Part shown: positions 40,501-52,500 of the stretch, one piece after another
How positions within the stretch are numbered: the stretch's first letter is position 1
Layout of the letters: each line of letters begins with the position of its first letter
From: Haliotis cracherodii
Lineage: Eukaryota
DNA length: 64,000 bases
Direction: 5' to 3'
Assembly (NCBI RefSeq): GCF_022045235.1
Contig: NW_027266270.1
Span: forward strand, 26,040,001-26,104,000
The notes under the pieces: generated by a model
What the model saw: the letters and a program-made list of their open reading frames with translations, nothing else
What the model was told of the DNA's origin: nothing
Database searches by the model: none
Translations under genes and position numbers: made by a program

Positions 40501-43444
40501 CGTGCTTGGGACCGTATCTAACCAGTGCCCAAATAGGGTTCAATAACAGATAAACTCATTAAAGTGGACTAGTGGTTGTGGCTCTCGCTCTTCACGCCGA
40601 AAGTCCAATCTCATGGAAATCAGACCGCAGTTCTCGCTGCCGCTAAACAAAGATCTGAGGACTTCCCATTACGGGTCACGTCAGACCGACCTTGCGCGAA
40701 CTTTGACCGACCAATGGAATGACCAATCAGAAGGCAGCTTTCTCGTGCTTTACGGCACTAATTTCAAAATGGCGACTACGCTTCGAAACATATTTTGACA
40801 AATTCTCGATTACAAATTTGAAACCTGAACAAAAGAACATTCTGGAATGGCTTATGAGATGGTCTAGATTGTATTGATTCAGTCGTTAAACCCGTAACTA
40901 TCGTTCGGAATTAAAGTTTTCGAGTTTGCATGATTAGAAATCACATTCCGACTGTCACTTTCATAATCTGGTAAGCGATGTTCTGATTGGTCGGATCAAA
41001 GGTCGTTCTGACGTGGCCCGTAATGGGATGTCCTCAGATCTTTGTGATTGGCCGAAAGCCAGGTTTGATTTCCCCCTTGATAACATAAAAGAAGCGTCGT
41101 TATTTTGCTGGAATATTGCTTAAAAGCGGCATAAAATTATGCTCATTCACGCATACTGGAAGGCACGGATGGAACAGACAACTTGGACGTTACAAGTAAC
41201 TACTGTGTTACCGTTAGGCATGTAACGGCTACATCTACAATTACCAAGTAAACGAGGGGTGGGGTGTGTGAAAGAATCAGTTGTACGCAATTTATTTCCT
41301 GACATGCGCACATCGGTGTCTGAAACTTTTGCTTCCTTCATTTACAGACTGCTGGCTGACAACATGATCGAGGACGTCAGTGATGACGCGTTTGTGGGAC
41401 TCTCCAAACTGAGGATCTTGTAAGTGTTGTTCACATATTCTGATAAATAATTTTATCATATAATGGGCAGGTTTCTCGGCAGGATAAGCCAACGGATAAA
41501 AACGATATCCGTTGGGGTCATATGCGGATAGAGATGCAAATATCAAAGGTCAAGTAGAACTACTTTCACTGTTTATAAACAAACATGGCGTCGTCCTCGT
41601 CCGTGACGTCTCATAGACTAGGGTTAGAGTAGCTTCCCTTTGACAAAGGGCAGTTACTCTAGCGGACAGACCGATGGATTGCCCGAAAGGCAATTGAAAA
41701 CAACTGTTGTTTTGCGTATATGTTGCTTCGCCACTGTATAAGAAACAGATTTCAGTTGGAACTATATTGGCTACCGTCACTGTCCGACTGACACATCACT
41801 TACCCTGTGACGTCATAAATATTCATGCGCGCATTCCAGGAAAACTCGCAATGTTTCGGTAATGTTTGTGAGAGAGGGATGGCGATTTTAAAGCACAGAA
41901 TTAAAGCATGACATTATATGACAAAGAGGTTATCACGCTTGTATGTTTGGGGATTGTAAATATCCTGTATTAGGAATAAACACTATGTATTTAGCTCGCC
42001 AAGGCTCGCTAAATACAATGTTTATTCTTATACAGGATATTTACCATCCCCAAACACACTCGCGTGATAACCTTTGTAGAATAAATATAATAAAACGTGT
42101 TTTTGGAGATAACTGAAAATTTGACGCGTAGGCATTGTTACGCATAGGTTTCATTTCGCATAATCTGTATGTGGGTTAATGACATACTTGCAACACAATG
42201 ACAACGCTCCATGATGTTTAGGCTTTCATTACGCTTCGCCAATGTTGTACGGTTGAACACAATACAGAGTTAAACCTCGTTAATCTGGACCATGTTTCAC
42301 CTCGGATAACCAAGTTTCCAGATCAGTAATACATTAACGCTTTACAATTTAGTTAAAAAAGATAGTTTAGAAGATATATAGCAAGGAATATACTGCTCTC
42401 TCTCTCTATGTGTCTCTCTCGCTCTCTCTCTCTTTCTCAGTGTCTCTCTCGCTCTCTTTCTGTGTCTCTCTCGCTCGCTCTCACTGTCTCTCTTTCTGTC
42501 TGTCTCTCGCTCTCTTTCTCTCTCTGTGTCTCTCTTTCTGCCTCTCTCTCTCTCTCATGTCTTCCCTCTCTCTTTTCAGGGACTTCCAGCGGAACAGAAT
42601 CAAGCACATCCCTGTGGCCTTCAAGTCTCTCACTGCCCTGGAAGAACTGTGAGTAGCGGCACACAGTAAAACCTTAACCTCACGTAACTTTGTTTCTCAA
42701 TACAATACAAAAGAGCCCAGAAAATGTCTTCATATTCAACCTGAACCTGAAGATAACCAGATATAAGTGTTCCGTCATACACATGATATATGTATATATG
42801 CGCTCCTATTGCATTCCCCTTGCCGGTATAAATGTTTTGTTTCGATATTGTAATCCTGAACTTCAGTGAAATCTACTTATTGAAGCGTTAACCCTGAAAT
42901 GTGACGACATTGTACATGGTGATGTGTTGTTATTGTTACTAGCAACATCGACGACAACCGGGTGGAATATCTACCCGACAACAGCTTCAGCGACAACCAG
43001 GAGATGAAGATGCTGCAGCTGAAGGGGAACCCCATCACGGACGTCGGCACTCACGCCTTCAGTCATCTCCCCAGACTCGGGAAGATGTGAGCACCTGTTA
43101 AATGCCCAGTGTCGGGTCTGAGCTGGGGCGGTGGGGTAACTTAGTGTTTAAATCGTTCGCGCGACACGCGAAAGAAACGGGTTCGATTCTCGACATGGGA
43201 ACAATGTGTAAAGCATTTATCTGGTGTTATTCGCTGTGATATTACTGGAATATTGCTAAAAATAGAGTTAGGCAATGGTCACTCACACCAGCCAGAGATT
43301 TTTAGTTATGGGGGAGGTACGGGTATGTGGGGTCAGGGGTCAGGGATCACCTGGATCGGGGTGGAAGATAGGGAATGGGATGGAAGATGGGTTAAATAAA
43401 CTGGTTAGACAGGTTAGTGTGTTTACCCGCCACGGCTAAGTCCT

Positions 43445-43528
<84 letters not shown>

Positions 43529-46500
43529 CAGTTGTATTGCCTTGTATGGAAACCTAGAATCAAACTATATCGCATTGTCGCCCAATCTACAATGTCTTTA
43601 AAAGGCCTTGATATTTTCGACAATGCGACAACGCGACATAGTTTGACCTTGAAAAATGTTTCTTTGCGCGTTGTCGCCGGTAAAGTAAAACATCTTATTC
43701 AAAGCGCGACATGCGACAAATGGTCAAAATATCGCGTTGTCGCATTGTCGCTCTATAAATAATTGTGACACTTTTTGCTTTTTTCGTATCAGCGACAATG
43801 TCCCTACATGGATTCCATAGTTTTGTGGTAACTGGAGGGGCATTTTATATACAGGGCAAAACAAGGAAACGCTGACCTGGAAGAGAGTGATCATCTCATC
43901 AGAGGATACGCGCAGGTTGTAGTTAAAGGAGTGAATGAGTATAGTTTTATACCGCTATTAGCAACATTCCAGCAATATCACGGCGGGGGACATCAGAATG
44001 GGCTTCACGCCTTGTGGGGAATCGAACCCGGGTCTTCGGCGTGACGAGCGAGCACTTTAACCACTAGGCTACCCCACCGCCCCTGTAGTTAAAGAACTCA
44101 TCGAGATTTACCCAAAGTCTGGAACACGTGGCCTAAATACTTTATAGTTGCATTCTGCAAAATACACCGGTGTAAACTACCAATTACTAATACAAATATC
44201 ACAATGGAACCTTCGTTTAAGGATTAAGCATCGTCTGGAATGAGCGTTTGATGACTATCTTTAATAGTCCACATTTGTGTTTTGAATGACTCACCATTAA
44301 GGATTTTACGAGCGCTTGTTAGTTTTCATTTTGTTGGTTGTTTTGTCTTCGCCATCCGCCGACCAATTGCGTGAGTGAGTGGGTTAAACGCCAATGTCAG
44401 CATCATTTCACTGATGTCCCAACGGGTAATATCAAAGTCTGGGGGATGCTGAGTGTGAGGCAGGTCGTAGATACTAGTTCCCACGAGCATGGGTCCGGTT
44501 TCAAATCCTTGGATTCTAACCAGTGCTGACCCGCGTATGCTAACCTGGGATTCTTACCAGTGCTAGCCCGCTTCTACTAACCTGGGACTCTAACCAGTGC
44601 TAGCCCGCGTATGCTAACCTCGGACTCTAACCAGTGCTATTCCGTGTATGCTAACCTGGGACTATAACCAGTGCTAGCCCGCGTGTGCTAACCTGGGACT
44701 CTAACCCGTGCTGACCCACGTGTGATAACCTGGGATTCTAACCGATGCTATCACACGCCAAATAGACTATGCCAGACATATGCCTTCTTGTGAACTATTA
44801 ATTCTGATTTGGTTTCTGAGTGGCACAATAATTCTCTTCCACCAAGCTACGAAACAAAAGGCTGCACGTTGTTTTCGAGACAATGAACGTCACGTGACAC
44901 AGCCTAAGTTAACCTCAGCTCAATCAAACAGCTATTTTCTGTCAAATTTCAATTTCTTAAAAAACTTTTACAATGGCAGATTAAAACATGTCGGCAAGAT
45001 AAATTCATTGTAGCAGTATCACTCGAGGTATATGAGATACAGCTATAGCCTATATTATGAGATTTTATTTACAATCCGTTATAGCATTAATTTGCAGATC
45101 CGTGAAGATCTGGGTTAGAATAGGTCTTCAGCAACCCATGCTTGCCGTAAGAAGCGACTATGCTTGTCGACAGAGGCGACTAACGGGATCGGGTGGTCAG
45201 GCTCGCTGACTTGGTTGATGCATGTCATCGTATCCCAATTGCGTAGATCGATGCTCATGATGTCTAACACTGGATTGTTAGGTCCAGACTCGATAAGTTA
45301 CCGATTCATGTAGCTGTAATATTGCTGAGTGCGGCATTAAACAACAAACAAACAAAATTAAAATGTAATAGCACATTGCATTTTACATGGATGGGTTCAG
45401 TTCTATGTGGCAGACCCCCTTTCGTCCGTGTCACTATGGAACTATTCGGTCCTCTAGTGAAGAGAATTGATTAATTCAACAAAGTCCCGTTCTTCCGTAC
45501 AATCCTTTTTCTTGGTGAGTCGCCCAAAGTGGCAGCATCCGAATTAATGAGGTCTCGTTGTATTCGATGTACGTTTATGTACTCTCCTGTGTTGCAGTAC
45601 ATTGTCTGAGGCACGTGACATGACGGAATTTCCCGAACTGAAGAACACCCCAAATCTGGAGTTCCTTCGGTTTGACCGAGCAAGTATCAAGGTCATCCCA
45701 AACAACCTCTGTCCCAGACTGAGAATACTGAAGAGTCTGTAAGTAATGTAACTCCAGGTGTTCACATGATACCATAGCACCATTCTGACACCAGCTGTAC
45801 ACCACGGTAACCCCATTCTGGCACCACGTATACAGTATCATACCACCAGAATGAAACCATTCTTGACGCCATCTTGACACCGGGAACGAAAGTCTGATTG
45901 AAGACTATATGGCATGCGAACAGACGGGTCTTCAGCAACCGATGCTTGTCGTAAGAGGCGACTATAGTCCACGCCGTTTGAAATGGAATCACGAACTATC
46001 GCGTTGATTAATTAACGAAGAAGCGTGTGTGCTAATACTTATAAAATGAAAAAAAGTCATTTCGCCGATAGGGAATATCACTTACAGTAATGACAAAAAC
46101 TGCAGAGTGCACTTTTCAAGAAATGTCTATTTTCTCAACGATAAACATCATCAGAATTATATTTCAAGTGTCTAGGACTATAATAAGATGGAGTGGTCAG
46201 GCTCGCTGACTTGGTTCATGCATGACATCGTATCCAAAAGTCGTAGATCGATTGTCATGACGTCAATAACTGGATTGTCTGGTCCAGATGTGATTATTTA
46301 CAGACCGCCATCATATAGCTGGACTATTGATGAGCGCGACGTTTAACAACAAACAAAAGAACACATGGTCACATTCATGGGAGGACACACATTGCACATG
46401 TTTTTTCAGTAAACTGAACGTGTGGCATAGTGGAGTTTCGTTAAAAGAACAGATGACGTACGCTTCTTTCACCACGGCAGTGTTTTCACAAAATAGGCCA

Positions 46501-49500
46501 ATCAACATTTAAATGATTGATAAATGTGCTCGAGGTGTCCAAAAATGAATTACATATTTGCCCCGGACATGCATTCCATAGCCCTAATTTATTTGCTTAA
46601 TCTGTGTTTAATCTTTATAATAACGCGTCAAATGTTTCATGTTTCAGGGATGTACACTCAAATCGAGTTTCCGAGATTCCGAATCTTTCCAACTGCTCTC
46701 ATCTCCTCAGCCTGTGAGTATAGTGTGGCATCATTGATGTGTAGGTGGGTAAGTTGTGGAGACGGGAGCCGAGTCGGTGTTCGTGTGCACAGTTCTGTCC
46801 AATTGCTGCCAGATCCGTGGGTGATGACCAGGTACACACGACAATGACTCGGTTTGCAGACTCCGTACCCTAACTCTTGGTGTCATCGAAGTCGCAAATA
46901 TCTGCAACCAGAGACTATTACACAACGAAATGCCAGAAGATCTCTGCTTCATGTTTAGTTTTCCTCCGCGGTTAATATCATCTGTTATATAACCGAAATG
47001 ACCCGTGAAGATCCGGGTCGAGAACAGGTGTCCAGCAACCAATGCTTGCCGTAAGGCGACTGACGGAATCGGGTGGTCAGGCTCCCTGACTTGGTTGGTG
47101 CATGTTGTCGTATCCCAATTGCGTGAATCGATGCTCATATCTGAGACTGGATTGTCTGGTCCTGACTCGATTGTTTACAGACCGCGGCCATACAGCTTCA
47201 ATATTGCCGAGTGCGACGTTAAACAACACAGAAAAAAACCAAATAATATACCTAGTCATTTCACTGGGTCTTTGGAATTGGTTAAACCATGACCGTTTAC
47301 TTGACTAATACGATATCCCAGCATTCGCTTCAGTAAACAGCTGTATGTTGATGTAAATTTGTAACAATACCTAAAGATTTATTTTCTGCAATATTGTTGT
47401 CTCAGTAACCTTGGCAACAACGAGATCACCAGTCTGCAGGGCAAACCCTTCCGCGGCCTCCGTCAGCTGACGGACCTTGTGTTGGTTCACAACTATGTCA
47501 CATACATACCAGCCGATGCGTTCACTGGCCTTCATCGCTTGCTGTACCTGTAAGTCGTCTTTTATCATCTTTTTAACATGGTTTTATCATGGTTAGCCAA
47601 AAATCATTGTTCAGGTTTCTCATCATTTAAAAATAAATGATGTGGCGATACAATGTAATCTGTAATTTGAATTATGTGTTAGTGGTTCATTCATATAAAA
47701 TTCAAATTTTTTTTGCCCTTTACACCAAATGGAATCTGTCAGCCGATAATCTAGACTGGTTATTCTCTTGCATTGGCAGTGTATATTACCGTATTCGACG
47801 ATATTTGCTAATATATTTGCTAGTGAACAATCCCAATTAGTCCCCTTTCCGATTGATCAATGTACACAAGACTTATTTATTCTTGTATAATACACACTCG
47901 TGACTTATATACACCCTTAATTATGGGCAATGAATTTCTGGAAAAATATATCTGTCGTATGTAAACATTTCAGGCTGTCAGAATGAACTACGATCCTTCA
48001 ACTCTGTTTTTTTTTCACCAAAATAATATTCTAAAAAGAGCTCCCTATTCCTAATTTTGTGCGCCTAAGTGCGCCCTGGGCGTTTATTACGTCGAATACG
48101 GTATGTTAATGACTTAACTCTTAACTTTGCATTCAGAAAGTTGGAATCGAAACGAAATTATTGCGTCAGGGTCAATTTCTTTAGTCGGGCGGTGATGACT
48201 TTGTTGAATGAGGAAACTGATGACTGTTCTGTGCTCTGTGTTCCAGAGACCTGGCGTTCAACAGAATCACAGAGATCCACATGGAGGCATTTGTTCCCCT
48301 CAACTCTCTGGAGGACCTGTAAGTACCTACCAACCCGTGAACATCCGGGGTAGAATAGGTCTTCAGTAACCCATGATTGCCGTAAAGGCGACTATGCTTA
48401 TCGTAAGAGGCGACTAACGGGATCGGGTGGTCAGGCTCGCCGATTTGGTTGATGCATGCCATCTTATCCCAATTGCGTGGATCGATGCTCATAATGTCAA
48501 AAGAATTACGTAAGTACCTACCGTACCAAACTTGAAAAAGCAAGTTTTGAAATATGTTTTTATTACCTCGCTTTACAACTTCAGCGGCATGTCTTCACTG
48601 TGGTGTCTTCAGCGAGTTATGAAGCGCCTACCTTGATCACGACATTAGAGGCGTGGTTACGTATTGGTAAGGGGCGCGGGATATAGTCAAAGAAACATAC
48701 GAGGGGCGTTCAATGAGTTTTGCAACTTCAATATAAGACCAAGTCGCAGAATATCTTTTGCACTTATATATTTCAATATGATCTCCATTCAACTTAATAC
48801 ACTTATTCCATTTGTCCTTCAAGCTTTTAATACCACTCTTATAGAAATCCGCAGATTGGCCCTCTAACCACGCCTCTGTGGCAGCCTATATGTCCTCGTC
48901 ATCCTGGGAGCGTCTTCCATGTAGGGCAGATTTCATTTGCCGGAACAGGAAATAGTCACTGGTGGAAAAGTCTGGGTTAACAGTTAAATCACCCACCCTA
49001 CAGCCCAGACTTAGCCCCAGTGACAAATGGAATAGGTGTATTGAGGTGAATGGGGATTATTTTGAAAAATAAAAGTGCAAAAGATAATCTGCGACTTGGT
49101 CTTATATTAAAGTTGCAAAACTTATTGAACGTCCCTCGTACAAGAGGTCAAAAGTTATGACCACCTCTGGTAGAAGGAGAGAAGGGTCGGGAAGGAGAGG
49201 GAGAGAAGGGCCGGGAAGGAGAAGGAGAGAGGGGTCGGGAAAGAGAAGAAGAGAAAGAGATACTGTACCCTCTGCTTGTTTCAGAAACGTGGGGGAGAAT
49301 CACATCCCCGTGTTGCCGACGGAGGGACTGAGAAACCTGACGAAGCTGAAGACCTACCACAACACAGAACTGAGAGAGTTCCCGCCCAAGGAGACATTCC
49401 CCAAGATCGAGCTTCTCATCTTGTCATACGCCTATCACTGCTGTGACTTTCTTGAAACTGAGGTGAGGCATATATTTATATATATCAATCTCATTAAAAT

Positions 49501-52500
49501 CAGACCTAAGTTCTCGCTGCCGCTAAACAAAGATCTGAGGACATCCAATTACGTGTCACTACAGAACGACCTTTCGCGAACTTTGACCGATCACTGAAAT
49601 GACATACAAGTTCAAATGTTTATCCCACGAAAGCGAGAGATAGACGATAATGTTGACGGAATCTGTCGTTCGGAATACCCCGTGTTAACGTTTTCGAGGC
49701 TGCAAGATTAGACTTTCACTTTCATGATCTGGTAAGCGACGCTTTGATTGGTCGGATGAAAGGTCGTTATGGCATGACCCGTAATGGGATGTCCTCAGAT
49801 CTTGGTTTAGCGATAGCGAGAGCTAAGATCTGATTTTAATGAGATTAATGAATTACACAAACTCGGCTGGTCGGGGTTCGAATCCCACATCTCCATCATG
49901 ATCCGTGGCTTCAGACACCAAACCAATGTAATTAGTGCGATCGGTATATGGGATATACCTTTCTAATCGTCTCGAAACATGAAACTAGTGGATACACAAT
50001 TGTAAATTACGTAGCTAAACATTACATGGGCCATGCAGGTGGGTTTTTAATAATATCGGTGCAGGTGGGTTTTTAATTAAACCGGTGCTGGTGGGTTTTT
50101 AATTAAACGGTGCTGGTGGGTTTTTGATAATACCCATGCTGGTGGGTTTTTAATAATACCGATGCTGGTGGGTTTTTAATAATGCCGATGCTGGTGGGTT
50201 TTTAATAAAACCGGTGGTGGTGGGTTTTTAATGATACCTATGCTGATGGGTTTTTAATAATACCGGTGCTGTTTTTAATAATACCGGTGCTGGTGGGTTT
50301 TTAATTAAACCGGTGCTGGTGGGTTTTTAATTAAACCGGTGCTGGTGGGTTTTTAACAATACCGGTGCTGGTGTTTTTTTAATAACACCAGTGCTGGTGG
50401 GTTTTTAACAATACCAGTGCTGGTGTGTTTTTAATAATACCGATGCTGGTGGGTTTTTAACAATACCGGTGCTGTTTTTTTTTTTAACAATACCGGTGCT
50501 AGTGGGTTTTAAATAATACCGGTGCTGGTGGGTTTTTAACAATACCGGTGCTGGAGTGTTTTTAATAATACCGATGCTGGAGTTTTTTTTAACAATACCG
50601 GTGCTGGTAGGTTTTTAATATTACCGTTGCTAGTGGGTTTTTAATAATACCGGTGCTGGTGGGTTTTTGACAATACCGTTGCTGGTGGGTTTTTAATAAT
50701 GCCGATACTGGAGGGGTTTTAATTATACCGGTGCTGGTGGGTTTTTGACAATATCGTTGCTGGTGGGTTTTTAATAATGCCGATACTGGAGGGTTTCTAA
50801 TAATACCGGTGCTTGTGGGTTTTTAATTAAACCGGTGCTGGTGGGTTTTTAATAATACCGGTGCTGGTGGGTTTTTAATGATACCTATGCTGGTGGGTTT
50901 TTAATAATACCGGTGCTGGTGGGTTTTTGATAATACCGGTGCTGGTGGGTTTTTAATAATACCGGTGCTGGTGGGTTTTTAATTAAACCGGTGCAGGTGG
51001 GTTTTTAATAATACTGATGCTGGTGGGTTTTTAATTAAACCGGTGCAGGTGGGTTTTTAATAATACCGATGCTTGTGGGTTTTTAATTAAACCGGGGCAG
51101 GTGGGTTTTTAATAATGCTGGTTGGTTTAATGATAATACTGGTGCTTGTGGGGTTCATCAAATTGGTCAACTCCGACGACCTGCATCACTTTGGGCCTTC
51201 GTGCCACAAGCTGACAGACACACTGTTCCAGACAGCGTCAAACACAACTGACTCTCTGTGTGTTGCAGACTGATCACAGCCAGGTGGAGCTGAAGGAGGA
51301 CATTGTGTGGCTCAAGACCGGGAACATCAACATGGGAGCCTGGGATCCCACCGACGGCAACAGAACGTTTTGGAACAGCTTGAGTAGGTTTCTCATCCTA
51401 TCCCTGTTATGACGTCATTGTGCGCCACATTCCGCAGTGAGTTGTATCCCTTGCCCATGTCAGGATCCGCTGACCGTTGAATCCCGATTAGGATCCTTGG
51501 GCTAGTTTCATGCACGTATTCGTAGAAAACCTTTATGGCCTGCATCAATCATGGCTTTCATCCAATATTTAACGGACTCGCCTGGCGATAACTGAACTAC
51601 AGCTGAAACAGACGCGAAACCCATCTCACGCTTATAACACCCGTAGTCTATCTGCACCTTACCCCTGAAAAGACTAATATATTAAAATACAACAAAGAAA
51701 CCGACAAAGGTGTTGATTGTATGTATAATGAGTATACACTATATCAATATGTAAACAAGTAAGAAGGCAAGTAATAGAAGCAGCAGTGGTATGGGGTTAG
51801 ATTAGGCCCTCGGCACTCTATTGCTAAGTCTAAATTGGATCGAGCCAGGCTCTGTGACTTAACTTGTTGATTGTGTCATAGGATCTCGACGTTATGGGAC
51901 GTTGCTCGTACTATTTGCCTCTGGATGGGCTGGCCCAGACTGGATTATTTACAGGCCGACATGATACAGTTGGAATATTGCTAAGTGTGGGGTTAAAACG
52001 ACTAACACGATGACTTCTGATGTTCATTTCACAGACAACAACAACATCTACGTCGGCAACGACGACACCTTCGACGTCGGTCAATACGGTGACTACGATC
52101 CGTGGCCGTATAACACAACGCTCAACGCCGACACGTATTTACAGAACTACAAAACTGAAGAATTCGACCTCGACCTTGGACTAGCCAAGCCACCTATCAC
52201 GTGCAAACCAAAACCAGGTACGTTTTTATTCAACAGAACCATTTCAATAGAACACAAAATGTGGGACCCTGTAAAGGTCCAGGTTTGAACTGGTCATCAC
52301 AGACACCATGCTTGTCATTAGAGGAGAGGGGCACGGGTGGCCAAGTCGTCTAAGGCGCCGCGATTCGCTGTGCAGAGTTGCGTCCCTTGGGCACGCCAGA
52401 AACCTATGATCACGGTTCTCCCCGATTATGTTTCTAGGTTTGTCAGCACCATACCCGTGCTCGTGGGTTTCAATAAAGTGGTAAACGTCTGAGACCTGCA

